From Dehalococcoidia bacterium (lineage in GTDB: Bacteria > Chloroflexota > Dehalococcoidia > Lucifugimonadales > UBA3495), in the NCBI GenBank assembly GCA_030740155.1, contig JASLXV010000041.1, forward strand, positions 1 to 64,000: a stretch of DNA of 64,000 bases, written 5' to 3'. The translations under genes were made by a program, and so were the position numbers. Each line of letters begins with the position of its first letter. Positions within the stretch are counted from its first letter, which is position 1. Positions 18,942-29,524 of the stretch are shown one piece after another. The notes under the pieces are model-generated. The model ran no database searches, was not told the origin of the DNA, and saw only the letters and a list, made by a program, of their open reading frames with translations.

Positions 18942-20375
18942 CTAGCTGCCATCTTGGACGGCAGGCCACCGGCCGAGGCTGGGGGATATGGCTTCATAAG
19001 CCAGGGCTGCCTGAAACAGGGTGCCTTCATCAAAGGGACGGCCAATAAACTGCACCCCGATGGGGAGGCCCGTCTGGGTAAACCCGCAGGGCACCGAAAT
19101 GGCCGGGAGTCCGGTGCCGTTCATGGGAGCGGTGCACCTGGAAATTATGCCCGACCCCGGCCCGCGGATGAGGTACTCGGCGCCGTTCAGGGTGAGGGAC
19201 CTGGCGCCGATGGGCGGGGCAGCCACCGGCGCCGTGGGTGTCACCAGAAAATCCACCTCTTGGAGGATGCGGGCGTGCTCCTCTTTGATGATCCGTTGCA
19301 CCTTCAAGGCTTTGGAGTAGTCCCGGCCCAGGACGAACTGGCCGGCCAGGGTGCGGTACAAAGTGTCGGGGCTGTAGTCCTGGCGGCTGGACCTGATGTA
19401 CGGCTCGTGGGCCACCACGCTGTCGGCCATGCCGGCGATGCGCATGGCCCCAGCATACTTCATGCTGGGCAGGCTGATTTCTCTCGATTCGACTCCCAGC
19501 TCCTCCAGGGCGGCGATGGCCTGCCGGACGGCCCTTTCCACCTCCTCGTCCACCAGGTCGAAGTAGTAGTTGGAGGGAATGCCCATCTTCATCCCTCGCG
19601 GGCCTCCATCCAGGCCGGCTGAGTAATCGGCCACCAGCACCGGCACCGTGCTGGGGTCCAGCGGATCGTAGCCGGCGATGGCCTGGAGCATCAGGGCGCT
19701 GTCCCGTACCGACCGGGTCATCGGGCCAATATGGTCGCCGTTGAAGCTGGTTACCAGCAGGCCTCGCTGGCTCACCCGGCCGTAGGTCTGCTTGAGGCCA
19801 ACCACACCGCAGAAAGTCCCCGGCAGGCGCACCGAGCCGCCGAGGTCCGTGCCCAATGAAGCGAAGGTGACTCCCGCCGCCACGTTGGCCCCGCCTCCCC
19901 CGCTGGACCCTCCGGGGACATGGTCCAGGTTCCATGGGTTGTGCACCGCGCCGTAATGGGGATTGTTCGAGGTGACTCCGGCGGCGAATTCCTCCAAGTT
20001 CTCTTTGCCCAGGATGATGGCGCCGGCCTCTTTGCAACGCCGGACCACCTCGGCGTCTTCCTCTGGAACGTTATCCGCGAGCACTTTGGAGCCCACCGTG
20101 GTGCGAGTACCCCCGGTGGCGATGTTGTCCTTTATACCGATGGGGATACCTTGTAGCGGTCCCCGGTACTCGCCTCGGGCCAGCGCCGCTTCCTGATCCT
20201 TCGCCTGGCTCCTCGCCTGGTCGTGCATCAGGGTGATGAAGGAGTTCAGGGTGGGCTGGAGCCGGTCCGCCTGGGCCAGGGCCGCCTCGGTGAGTTCCAC
20301 CGGAGACACCTCACGGGCCCGGATTTTCGGCGCCATCTCCGAAATGGTCAGCCTGAGCAGTCCAAGGTCAGCCAT
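18942..20375 (-). CDS. Amidase signature family enzyme
   Basis: GPLQGIPIGIKD, GGSSGG, GTDLGGSVRLP (Ser-cisSer-Lys triad). Confidence 0.95.
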   Translation of the reverse strand: MADLGLLRLTISEMAPKIRAREVSPVELTEAALAQADRLQPTLNSFITLMHDQARSQAKDQEAALARGEYRGPLQGIPIGIKDNIATGGTRTTVGSKVLADNVPEEDAEVVRRCKEAGAIILGKENLEEFAAGVTSNNPHYGAVHNPWNLDHVPGGSSGGGGANVAAGVTFASLGTDLGGSVRLPGTFCGVVGLKQTYGRVSQRGLLVTSFNGDHIGPMTRSVRDSALMLQAIAGYDPLDPSTVPVLVADYSAGLDGGPRGMKMGIPSNYYFDLVDEEVERAVRQAIAALEELGVESREISLPSMKYAGAMRIAGMADSVVAHEPYIRSSRQDYSPDTLYRTLAGQFVLGRDYSKALKVQRIIKEEHARILQEVDFLVTPTAPVAAPPIGARSLTLNGAEYLIRGPGSGIISRCTAPMNGTGLPAISVPCGFTQTGLPIGVQFIGRPFDEGTLFQAALAYEAISPSLGRWPAVQDGS

Positions 20376-20568
20376 CAGCCTCGCCTCCTTCATCGACGTT
20401 CAGGAGGCGGCCGGACACTACGCCGGATAGGTCCAGGTCTCGAAGTTTTTCCACCTCCGCGAGGTAGCTATCGAGTTCGAGTCCGACCAGCTCCATCTCC
20501 GCGTCTGAAAGGTCGAAGCCGTGAAAGTCACGGATCATCCGGGCCAGGGTCTCTTTTTGAACGGCCAT
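20368..20568 (-). CDS. Small GatC/AtzG-like amidase partner
   Basis: 66 aa helical protein ending EKLRDLDLSGV; stop overlaps the amidase ATG. Confidence 0.65.
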   Translation of the reverse strand: MAVQKETLARMIRDFHGFDLSDAEMELVGLELDSYLAEVEKLRDLDLSGVVSGRLLNVDEGGEADG

Positions 20569-20824
20569 TGCCTTCACCCCCTACGAGAGGCCATCGTGGG
20601 GCCGAGTGTACATGGGGGACGCGGAAGAGGCAACTGCCCGGCCCATTTTCCCGGCATCCGGCCGCTCTCGGTGCTCCCACTTCGCAAAGGTGTGCTACTG
20701 GCGTTGCCGGGCGGGGATCCCGGAGTTTCAGGCGGACCGGGGTTCGGCACGTTCCGAGAGACCGGGCTTTTCCCCCGTTCGTGGTGAGCTTGTCGAACCA
20801 CCGCGGCTGCTTATTGGATTCGGA

Positions 20825-22054
20825 TCAGGCCCGCCGAAGCTTGGGTGCGAAGAAGGCCAGCGTGCCTATCAGGGTGATTCCGACCACGGCGTTGATGCGA
20901 GCGGCTTGGGGCGCACCCCAGGCCTCGGCGGTGGCGCCGGAGAGCAGGCTCCCGAAGAAGTGGGCGTAGATAGCCAGGACCCGCAGGCCCATGATGCGCC
21001 CTCGAAATTCGGGTGGCGCCGTCCGCAGAATAACGGTCAGGATCAACACCAGGGTCGATGCGAATGCCATCCCCGTGACCAACAGAATGGCCAGGGAAAG
21101 AGGGAAGAAGGTCGATTGAGCGAACGCCACCATGGACGCGTGCCAGACTACAACAGCCACCCCCAGCAGCTTGCCGGCGTGTTTCAGGTCTTGGACCGAA
21201 GCCAGGACCAGGGACCCGACAAGGGCGCCGATGCCGAAGGCCGACATCAACATCCCCAGCTCCGTCGGCCCTTTGCCCAGAACATCCCGGGCGAAGATGG
21301 GCATGAGGCTGATATGGAAGGGGAATCCGGTGAGATTGATTATGACGGCGGCCAGCAGGGCAGCCCAGATCACCTGCTGCCCTTTCACATACTTCAACCC
21401 CTGGAGCACCGTACTGAATACCGACTCCGCCTGCCGGGAAATAGCTGACCGGGTGGTCCTGACCATCAGAGCGGCGATCCCACCCGAGAAGTACAGAATA
21501 ACGATCAAGGCGTAGGCTGCCTCTGGGCCGCGTGCTTCAAACAGCCGGCCACCGACAATCGGCCCGATGATGAGGGTGATGTTCATCCCCATGTTGGTCA
21601 AGGCCACGGCGTTGGAGATGCGGTTCTCCGGAACGCTGTCGGCCGTCAGAGAGTGAGCGGCAGGCATGAGAAATATCCGGCCCAGCCCCCCCACGAGGGT
21701 TATGGCGAAGATGTGCCACGTTTCGAGAGAATCGGTCGCTATCAGAACTAGCATCACCAGGGCCAGGGAGGCCATGAGGAACGCCGCTGACGCCATGAGC
21801 AGCTGCCGGGGCACCCGGTCGGCGACGGCCCCGGCGAACAGGGCCAGGAAATTGAAGCTGATCCGGGCCGACGCGGCCAGCCCCAGCAAGAAGGGGGAGT
21901 CGGTCAGCTTGAGCACGAACCAAGCCAGTACCAGCGTCTCCATCTGCTGGCCCATCCCCGTCAGCATGATAGCCGACCAGACCAGGCCGAAATTGCGCTG
22001 GCGCAGGATCGCGAGAGGATGTGCTGCCGAATGTAATCTAGCGGTCAGTTTCAA
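20825..22054 (-). CDS. MFS transporter
   Basis: About 12 hydrophobic segments; GAVADRVPR motif A; PEFRGRIMG. Confidence 0.92.
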   Translation of the reverse strand: MKLTARLHSAAHPLAILRQRNFGLVWSAIMLTGMGQQMETLVLAWFVLKLTDSPFLLGLAASARISFNFLALFAGAVADRVPRQLLMASAAFLMASLALVMLVLIATDSLETWHIFAITLVGGLGRIFLMPAAHSLTADSVPENRISNAVALTNMGMNITLIIGPIVGGRLFEARGPEAAYALIVILYFSGGIAALMVRTTRSAISRQAESVFSTVLQGLKYVKGQQVIWAALLAAVIINLTGFPFHISLMPIFARDVLGKGPTELGMLMSAFGIGALVGSLVLASVQDLKHAGKLLGVAVVVWHASMVAFAQSTFFPLSLAILLVTGMAFASTLVLILTVILRTAPPEFRGRIMGLRVLAIYAHFFGSLLSGATAEAWGAPQAARINAVVGITLIGTLAFFAPKLRRA

Positions 22055-22362
22055 TTGAATCTAAGTGGCTGCATCAGCCTTCGGGCGAAAAGCTCCGGCT
22101 TCTCCGGCGGAATGGGGTCCGGGGCCGTGAGACAGAAATAGGTGGCATCGCCGCTTCTACTGGGCTCATTGCCGCGACGTATCCGGGAACAAGGTATCAC
22201 GGGTCGCTCGGTTGAGGACCGGCTTCTACTCAATTTCGGGGCCGGGCCATCTGTCGCCGGAGTCCGCGCTTGTTGTCACTGGGGAATGGTAACGTTGAAG
22301 GAGACCACTTGTCCACTGGGAGATTCGCGGGGACGTGCCGGCAGTCTTGTTGAGGTGGCAGC

Positions 22363-22391
22363 TTGACCAGCGGCGGGCTGCCGAATACACT
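22363..22391 (+). promoter_or_regulatory. sigma70-type promoter
   Basis: TTGACC-17 nt-TACACT upstream of the pentapeptide repeat gene. Confidence 0.55.
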
Positions 22392-22521
22392 CGACACCGC
22401 CGACGGTGTGCCGCGTCCTGTCTCGCGATCGTTGACCGGTGGCGATGGCCGCGACCGGGACCGGCCAAATGGGGATAAACTTCATGAAACGGCCGATTTC
22501 TATTCGGCCGGGAGGTGTGCC

Positions 22522-22986
22522 TTGGAAAAGAGTGAACTCGTAGCGATCCTCCGCAGCGACAAGGCGGAGTTCCAGCGCCTGCGGGACCGGGACCCCAGAG
22601 CCGAGGTGGACCTGTCCGGCGCCGATCTTTCCGGATGCGACCTGTCCGAAGCGCCCCTCGCCGGGGTCAAGCTCAGCAACGCCTCCCTTCGCGGCGCCGA
22701 CTGCACCAAGGCCCAGTTCCGGTTTGCCGACCTCTGCTGCGCCGACCTTAGCGGCGCCAAACTGGAGGGCACCAACTTTCACCAGGCGCAGCTGGAAGGC
22801 GCCAACCTGGAAAACGCCACGCTGGGGACCTTCGAGAGCTCGCCACGGATGTGCCTGCACGCGGACAGCTTCCGCAAGGTGCGGTGGAGCCGGGAGCAGA
22901 TGGAGATGATGCTGGAAATTCTCAATCAGAACGCGAATTGGGAGATTCAGTATCAATTGTTGCCCAAGGATGCGCCTCAGGCCTAG
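22522..22986 (+). CDS. Pentapeptide repeat protein
   Basis: ADLSG/CDLSE/ASLRG/ANLEN repeats; GGAGG before TTG 22522. Confidence 0.88.
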   Translation: MEKSELVAILRSDKAEFQRLRDRDPRAEVDLSGADLSGCDLSEAPLAGVKLSNASLRGADCTKAQFRFADLCCADLSGAKLEGTNFHQAQLEGANLENATLGTFESSPRMCLHADSFRKVRWSREQMEMMLEILNQNANWEIQYQLLPKDAPQA

Positions 22987-23163
22987 CACCTAGCCAGCTT
23001 AACGCGGATAATTCTCATTCTGGCCGATGCTTGCCATCGGGTCGAAAATGCCCTCCGGGGCCGCTCTTCCTCCCTCTGTCTCCGGGGACCAGGTGAAAGG
23101 CGCCGGACGGTCTTCATATTTCGTGGCGCCGGTCGCAAGCGGCATGGGGGATAGCTCCTGAAA

Positions 23164-23323
23164 TGTCATGCCGAGCCAGCCGCAGCGGCGAGGCATCTGG
23201 GGTGGGGATTCTCCTCCGCCTCCCCAGATCCCTCGTCCTTCCCGCGAAGGACTCGGGATGACGCGGCGGCGTCCATTTTCGTCGGCCGTGGTGCCCCGAT
23301 TCAATCGGGGCATGAGTGATTCC
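23164..23323. repeat. ~160-bp dispersed intergenic element, copy 2
   Basis: Colinear with 15426-15583. Confidence 0.85.
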
Positions 23324-23433
23324 TCGCTTCGCTCGGAATGACATCCTGTGATTACCAAATTGGCTAAACGCTAACGTTCTGTTATGTGGATAGCATTACA
23401 TCGGCGAAATTGGGCATCATCCACGCCGGCCAC

Positions 23434-23500
23434 CGTCTTTCCGGCGAAGGCCGGAATCCAGAGCAGGGCCGGCTGGGTCCCGGCCTTCGCCGGGATGACG
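23434..23500. repeat. REP-like inverted doublet
   Basis: CGTCTTTCCGGCGAAGGCCGGAATCCAG ... CTGGGTCCCGGCCTTCGCCGGGATGACG; relatives at 50351-50453, 62630-62697, 62759-62826. Confidence 0.85.
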
Positions 23501-23574
23501 GACCGGGAATCGATCCGTTTACGAAAAACCGGGCTGGTGCGGCCAACGGCACGCCGGACGGAGCCGGGCCGGCC

Positions 23575-24399
23575 TCACGTCCGAGGAGGGCTCCACCAGA
23601 CCAGGGCGGAGCGCATGCCATCCGGCCATACCCATTGCCCGTCGCGAGCCGTGAGCCGCTGGTTTAGCACGGAGCGGATGGTATCGTCGTAGGCCGTGGA
23701 CTCCCCCAGGCGAAGGTGCCGCTTGGCCCGGCCCATCGCGCCGTCGAACGTCTCGTCGGTCCAGTAGCGCACTTCCGGTTCCATCGAGACGTTGGGGCAG
23801 ATGCCCGCGTCGAGAAGGATATTGTAGGCCAGGATGAAGTTGGGACTGTCGTGCCACCGCCCGTGAACGCGCTGGGCCAGCTCGCCGATAATCCCGTCGT
23901 GGCTCGGCACCCTCAGGGCCAACGCGCAGAGCCTTCGCGCCACCCGCTCCATCTTGGAAACGAAGGCCATCAGGTCGGGGTTCGAGTACATGGCATGGGA
24001 GCACAGGGCCACATCGTGGGGCCCGACCTCCGCATCTTCCCAAGAGGACTCCACCACAGTGATGTTGGTGAGGAGGGACGCGTTCTCCCTCAGCCGGGCG
24101 AGCATGGCCGGGGACGGCTCCAGGGCGGTTACTTTTTTGACCAGCCGGGCCAGGGGAACGGTCCACCGGCCGATGCCTGCGCCGATGTCGACGAGGGAAT
24201 CGCCCGGACGAAGCAAATCCGCCAGCGCGTCCACCAGAACATCCGGCTCATCGCTCCGGCGCCTCTTCGCCGAGGCTTCGAACCTCGCGGCCTGCTTCCG
24301 TCCTGGGTCATCTCCCCGGTGTCCTCGCCCTGCCGGCTTGCGCACCCGGAGGCTCAGCTCCCGCCACAGCGATATGCGGTCACTACGCGGGTCCGTCAC
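23575..24399 (-). CDS. Class I SAM-dependent methyltransferase
   Basis: LVDIGAGIGR motif I, TALEPSPAM, HDVALCSHAMY. Confidence 0.9.
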   Translation of the reverse strand: MTDPRSDRISLWRELSLRVRKPAGRGHRGDDPGRKQAARFEASAKRRRSDEPDVLVDALADLLRPGDSLVDIGAGIGRWTVPLARLVKKVTALEPSPAMLARLRENASLLTNITVVESSWEDAEVGPHDVALCSHAMYSNPDLMAFVSKMERVARRLCALALRVPSHDGIIGELAQRVHGRWHDSPNFILAYNILLDAGICPNVSMEPEVRYWTDETFDGAMGRAKRHLRLGESTAYDDTIRSVLNQRLTARDGQWVWPDGMRSALVWWSPPRT

Positions 24400-24572
24400 T
24401 CAGTTACCCTTATCCGGCCGCCGCGTCGAGGGCGCTCACGGCCTGCCGTTTCCATCTGCTCGACTACCGGCACCGAGACCCTAGCACGGGCCCCGATTTT
24501 GGGGATCGGGCTTATGAGGACCCGCCAATATGAGGCGCCTGCCTGGCGCTCTGTGAATCATTCAGGATGGGC

Positions 24573-25304
24573 TTAATAAACCATTTCCCCGTGCACGAAG
24601 GCCCGAGTTCGATGGTCTTCAGCAAGTGCAAAGATACTTTCCGCTGGGCCAACCTCTATCAACTTCCCATCCAGCATAAAGGCCGCGTCGTTGGCCAACC
24701 GCTCGGCCTGAAAGACATTCTGTGTTACCAGGACAACGGTGGTTCCGCGCTCGTTCACAGCCTGGGCAATCAAGGCCTCCACCAACGCCACATTCTGGGG
24801 ATCGAGGTTGGCCGTGGGCTCGTCTAACAATACAACGCTTGGGTCAAAGATCAGCGCCCGTGCGATGGCAACCCTCTGGGCCTCCCCTGCAGACAATGAA
24901 CCCACCCTAGCTTTAGCCAAGTGAGAAAGGTTCAGGGCTTCAAGGATCTGCTGAACCCTGGGTTTGATGTTCTCCCCGCCCCGGAGCTTCAAACCATAGG
25001 CCACGTTTTGCTCCACCGAACCCCTAAAGAACACCGGCGTCTGGAAGACCATGGTCACCCTTCGGCGGACCTCCAAGGGGGGCAGCTTCCCGTCAAGAAA
25101 CGTGGTGTCACCGAAGATCACCTTACCCGCGGTTGGTGACTCAAGAAAGCCCATCAATCTTAAGAGCGTGCTCTTTCCGGCACCGTTCGGCCCCATCAGC
25201 ACCGTGATCGAGCCACGTGGAACCTCTAGGTACTCGACGTGGCAAACCTCCCGTTTGCCATAGGCCTTGCTAAGCATTTCCAGGCGATACTCCGTGCCGT
25301 TCAT
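24573..25304 (-). CDS. tupC: Tungstate ABC transporter ATPase
   Basis: GPNGAGKST, LSAGEAQR, LLDEPTANLDP; adjacent to tupB/tupA. Confidence 0.85.
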   Translation of the reverse strand: MNGTEYRLEMLSKAYGKREVCHVEYLEVPRGSITVLMGPNGAGKSTLLRLMGFLESPTAGKVIFGDTTFLDGKLPPLEVRRRVTMVFQTPVFFRGSVEQNVAYGLKLRGGENIKPRVQQILEALNLSHLAKARVGSLSAGEAQRVAIARALIFDPSVVLLDEPTANLDPQNVALVEALIAQAVNERGTTVVLVTQNVFQAERLANDAAFMLDGKLIEVGPAESIFALAEDHRTRAFVHGEMVY

Positions 25305-25963
25305 GGGTCGACCAAACTGCGCCCCTGTAGGGCTATCCAGGCAAGGCTCACCAGGAAGGAAAGGCCAAGCAGGATGGCTCCCAGAGCGATTGCCTGCTCG
25401 AAGAGACCCATTCGGGTTGATTGAACAATGGCGGTCGTGAGCACCTGGGTTGAGCCTTTGAGGTTGCCTCCCACCATCATCACGGCCCCCACCTCGGAAA
25501 CGATGCTGCCAAGACCTGCGAGAAGCGCCACCAGGACCCCCACTCGCGCCTCGCGTAAGACCACGAGGGTGGTCTGGAAGCTATTCGCACCGAGTGTGGT
25601 AGCCTGTCGCCGAACGGCTTCGCCCACGCCCATGACTGCCGCCATAGTAAAAACGGCGATAATTGGAAACGCGATGATTACCTGGGCGAAGACCATCGCC
25701 TTGGCGGTGTACAGCCAGCCCAACCCGCCCAAGGGGCCGCTGCGGGATAGCAGAAGATATACCAGCAGGCCGACAACCACAGGGGGGAACCCCATTCCCG
25801 CATACACAAATGCGATGGCCAGCCGTCTCGCTAAGAACCTGCGAAACCCCAGCCAGACCCCGACTGGTATCCCTATGGCGCTGCTTATCAAGAGCGCGCT
25901 GCCAGAGACCCCCAGCGAAAGCAGCACAATGTGCAGGATGTCTGTCAGATCAAATGAATTCAA
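25301..25963 (-). CDS. tupB: Tungstate ABC transporter permease
   Basis: MGFPPVVVGL, SRSGPLG, SEVGAVMMVGGN, TQVLTTAIV. Confidence 0.92.
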   Translation of the reverse strand: MNSFDLTDILHIVLLSLGVSGSALLISSAIGIPVGVWLGFRRFLARRLAIAFVYAGMGFPPVVVGLLVYLLLSRSGPLGGLGWLYTAKAMVFAQVIIAFPIIAVFTMAAVMGVGEAVRRQATTLGANSFQTTLVVLREARVGVLVALLAGLGSIVSEVGAVMMVGGNLKGSTQVLTTAIVQSTRMGLFEQAIALGAILLGLSFLVSLAWIALQGRSLVDP

Positions 25964-26046
25964 ACGGGTTTGCCTGAGCTGGCGCTATCAATTGGCGGTG
26001 AGCCATTATCCGTGTTCGCTTGATCGGCCCATTGCCTCATAAAGCG

Positions 26047-26907
26047 CTATCGCTGGGATTTCCATTCCACGCTATTGGGGTAGAACAGGGGTTGACCGTA
26101 GGTGTCCAGACCGAAGCTGGCGATGCGTTCCTGAGTCTCGTACTTGGTAAGGTACTCCACGAACGCCAGGGCCAGAACATGGTTTACCCTGGCGTGGCGC
26201 TCGGGGTTCACGGGTATTACCGCGTACGGGTTGAGCAACGAGGAGTCTCCCTCTATTAAGATATCAAGATCCAGCCTATCTTGCCGCGCCAGGTACGTCG
26301 CCCGGTCGGAAAACGTGTAGGCCTGGAACTCATTTGCTACGGTCAGGGTGTCACCCATTCCCTGGCCGGTGGGCTGGTACCAACTCCCATTGGGCTCGAT
26401 ACCAGCCAACTGCCAAACCAGAAGCTCTTTCGAGTGAGTTCCGGACTGGTCGCCGCGCGAAACAAAGATCGCCCGGTCGTTCGCTCCCGCCTGGGAAATC
26501 CGAGCGAATGCTTGCGCAGCGCTGGCCGCGCCGGAAACACCGGCAGGGTCGAGGACGGGCCCGACGACGACGAAGTCATTATACATCACATCCTTTCGCT
26601 GCGTGCCCCAACCTTCAGCGACGAAGCGTTCTTCCCGGTCCCTCTCATGAATCAGGATGATGTCCGCATCGCCACGTTCGCCCAAGGCGATGGCCTGGCC
26701 GGTGCCTACCGCCAGGACTCGTACAGTTGCTTTCGCCTCGTCTTCGAACGGTGGCAGGATATCGTCAAGAAGGCCGGAATCGGCGGTACTGGTGGTCGTG
26801 GCCACTATGAGGATTTGCGGGGAAGTGTTGCAAGCCCAGAGGGCGGCCAGCACGGCAAGAGTGGTGAACAGTCTGAGGAGAGCTTTCCCTTGTGAGATCG
26901 TCTGCAT
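26047..26907 (-). CDS. tupA: Tungstate-binding lipoprotein (start uncertain)
   Basis: ATTTSTADSGLL signature, VGTGQA, MYNDF, FVSRGDQSGTH; lipobox LWAC. Confidence 0.92.
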   Translation of the reverse strand: MQTISQGKALLRLFTTLAVLAALWACNTSPQILIVATTTSTADSGLLDDILPPFEDEAKATVRVLAVGTGQAIALGERGDADIILIHERDREERFVAEGWGTQRKDVMYNDFVVVGPVLDPAGVSGAASAAQAFARISQAGANDRAIFVSRGDQSGTHSKELLVWQLAGIEPNGSWYQPTGQGMGDTLTVANEFQAYTFSDRATYLARQDRLDLDILIEGDSSLLNPYAVIPVNPERHARVNHVLALAFVEYLTKYETQERIASFGLDTYGQPLFYPNSVEWKSQR

Positions 26908-27510
26908 CCGAATGGTTGGTGCGTTGGTGATGGGCTGAACCTTAACACCCTCTACCGAGGCAGTCAACCTTCATCCATTGGGCCGAGAACCACGCCTGCC
27001 CTGGTCCGCTAGATCCATGTCGATTGAAGAGAGTGGGCGCCGGTGATTTCGCTCAGATATGATCCCCTGTAGCCCCCGCCGATCTTGATCAGCCTGGTTC
27101 GCAGACCCTGAGTGGGTTCGCGAATCCGCAGCCGCAGGCTGGGAAGCCGTTTGACCGGGCCGTGGGATGGTACTTGACCCATGGCCCATTTAGGTTAAGA
27201 ATGTGATTTAGTAGATCGGCAACTGTATTCCCGCAACCGGCTCATGTACCATTTGGCAGTATGCCAGCTATCGTCCACCCACAGATTCACTTGTTTCCGA
27301 AACATTGCGCACTCGCTCAGGATGCACCCGATGGTTGACAGCGAAAAGGCCTATCCGAATTCAGGCCAACCCAGGATCAGGATTGCCAGCATTGGACACC
27401 CACATATTGTCCGGAGAATGCCGGGGCGGGCTCTTGCTTCGGCGGCCTGAGCGTCGATGCGCCGGCCGGCGGCATGTGGCACCTTGGAATGACTTAGAGG
27501 GAGGTACACC

Positions 27511-29247
27511 GTGGCGAAAATAATACGGGTCAACATGGCAAAACGAACGGTGACAGAGCAGGCAGTCCCCGCCAAATGGGAGACTCTGGGAGGCCGCGGC
27601 CTCACCGCTCAGGTGGTCATGGACGAGATTCCACCAGGCTGCCATCCCCTGGGCCCCAATAACAAGCTGATCTTTTCGCCGGGGATCGTTACCGGGACCG
27701 TGGCATCCAGCTCCGGGCGCATTTCCGCCGGCGCCAAGTCGCCTCTGACCGGAGGGACCAAAGAGAGCAACGCGGGCACCCCGGTTTCTCAGATGCTGGG
27801 CCGGTTGCGGATAAGGGCGATCATCATCGAGGACCAGCCCGCGGAGGGTTGGTGGCTGCTCCGGGTGAGCACAGCCGGCGCCGAGCTGCTGCCGGCGGAC
27901 GACCTGGAGGGGAAAATCACCTCGGAGGTCAACGAAACCCTCTTCAAGCGGTACGGGGATAGTGTCGGCATCGCTAGCATTGGGCCCACCGGAGAGAACC
28001 GGATGACGATGGCCGGGATTTGCTTCAGCGATGCCGAGGGCCGGGCCAGCCGTTATTCCGGGCGGGGCGGGCTGGGGGCAGTCATGGGGAGCAAGAGACT
28101 GAAGGCCATCGTGGTGGATCCGGCAGGTGCTCCCGGAGTAGAGATCAAAGACCAGGACCTCCTCCGGCAGGGCGAGCGCAAGCTGTTGGAGGCGCTACGC
28201 AACCACGCCATAACCAAGCCCGGCGGCGGATTGAACACCCTCGGTACCGATGTGCTCATAAACGTGATGAGTGAGGCCGGCGGGCTGCCCACCCGTAACT
28301 TCAGCAGCGGTTCTTTCGCGGGGGCCAACAAGGTCGGCGGCGAGACCCTGGCAGAGGCCATAGCCAGCCGGGGCGGGGTGGGTAAGACGGGACACTCCTG
28401 TCACCCGGGCTGCGTAATCCAATGCTCCAACATCTACCCCAATGCCGATGGAACCGAGCGCGTTTCCGTGATGGAGTACGAGTCGGTCTGGGCCCTTGGA
28501 CCCAACCTTGAAGTCGACGACATGGACGATATCGCCGAGATGGTCCGGCTCTGCAACGACTATGGGGTGGACACCATCGAGGCCGGGGTCACGCTGGGGG
28601 TCGCCATGGAGGCAGGCCTGGCGTCTTTTGGCGACAGCAAGGCGGCGATCCAGCTTCTCCACGAGGTGGGCCTGGCTTCGCCGGTGGGACGCATCCTTGG
28701 CAATGGGGCCGCTTTTACCGGGCGCGCCTATGGGGTCACTCGAGTGCCCGTGGTCAAAGGCCAGGGAATGCCGGCCTACGAGCCCAGGGTGGTGAAAGGG
28801 CTGGGGGTTACCTACGCCACTAGCCCCCAGGGCGCGGACCACACGGCGGGATACACCAACGCCCAGGAGATCTTGGGTGTCGGCGGGAAAGTGGACCCGG
28901 TCACCGTTGAAGGTAAAGCGGAGCTTTCGCGCATGATGCAGGCAGCCACGGCGTTCATCGATACCTACGGCTACTGCCTTTTCATCACCTTCGCCATCCT
29001 GGACACTCCCAGCGGCATGGAGGGGATGGTGGAGACGGTAAACGGCGTACTGGGCACCAACTGGACGGTGGCGGACATCGACAGGGTCGGGATGGAAATC
29101 CTCCGGCAGGAGCGCCAGTTCAATGAAATGGCCGGGTTTACCAACGCCCATGACCGTCTTCCCGAGTTCATGTCCGACGAGCCGCTCCCTCCGCTCAATG
29201 AGGTGAACAACATCCCGGAGACGATGCTAGATAGCGTGTTTAGCTAG
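27511..29247 (+). CDS. aor: Tungsten aldehyde:ferredoxin oxidoreductase family protein
   Basis: LGGRGL, KSPLTGG.KESNAG, GRGGLGAVMGSK, CHPGCVIQC, EYES, GADH, DRLP. Confidence 0.93.
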   Translation: MAKIIRVNMAKRTVTEQAVPAKWETLGGRGLTAQVVMDEIPPGCHPLGPNNKLIFSPGIVTGTVASSSGRISAGAKSPLTGGTKESNAGTPVSQMLGRLRIRAIIIEDQPAEGWWLLRVSTAGAELLPADDLEGKITSEVNETLFKRYGDSVGIASIGPTGENRMTMAGICFSDAEGRASRYSGRGGLGAVMGSKRLKAIVVDPAGAPGVEIKDQDLLRQGERKLLEALRNHAITKPGGGLNTLGTDVLINVMSEAGGLPTRNFSSGSFAGANKVGGETLAEAIASRGGVGKTGHSCHPGCVIQCSNIYPNADGTERVSVMEYESVWALGPNLEVDDMDDIAEMVRLCNDYGVDTIEAGVTLGVAMEAGLASFGDSKAAIQLLHEVGLASPVGRILGNGAAFTGRAYGVTRVPVVKGQGMPAYEPRVVKGLGVTYATSPQGADHTAGYTNAQEILGVGGKVDPVTVEGKAELSRMMQAATAFIDTYGYCLFITFAILDTPSGMEGMVETVNGVLGTNWTVADIDRVGMEILRQERQFNEMAGFTNAHDRLPEFMSDEPLPPLNEVNNIPETMLDSVFS

Positions 29248-29281
29248 CGAGCGAGGCTCCGGAACGGCGAGGAAAGCCGGG

Positions 29282-29524
29282 TTGATATCGATCGAGGTGG
29301 CCCTTTTTGCGACCCTTCGGAAGTACCGTCTCGGCGGGGGCGGAAGCAGCGCCTTCTGGCTGGACGTACCCGATGGGACCACCGTTGACACGCTCTTGGA
29401 GTTGCTGGGCATACCGGCAACCGAGGCTCAACAGACGTTTGTAAATCGCCGTCACCAAGAGGGCGATTACGTGTTGCAGGACCAGGAAAGGGCGGCCATC
29501 TTCCCCCCGATTGCCGGAGGATAG
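29282..29524 (+). CDS. MoaD/ThiS-family sulfur carrier
   Basis: VALFATLR start, C-terminal IFPPIAGG. Confidence 0.9.
   Translation: MISIEVALFATLRKYRLGGGGSSAFWLDVPDGTTVDTLLELLGIPATEAQQTFVNRRHQEGDYVLQDQERAAIFPPIAGG

Noticed and set aside
18942..20568. gatC-gatA
   Set aside because: No gatB adjacent; the sequence fits a generic catabolic amidase
26968..27510. Moco/tungsten riboswitch or ModE-type box between tupA and aor
   Set aside because: No consensus could be matched by eye; needs an Rfam or motif scan
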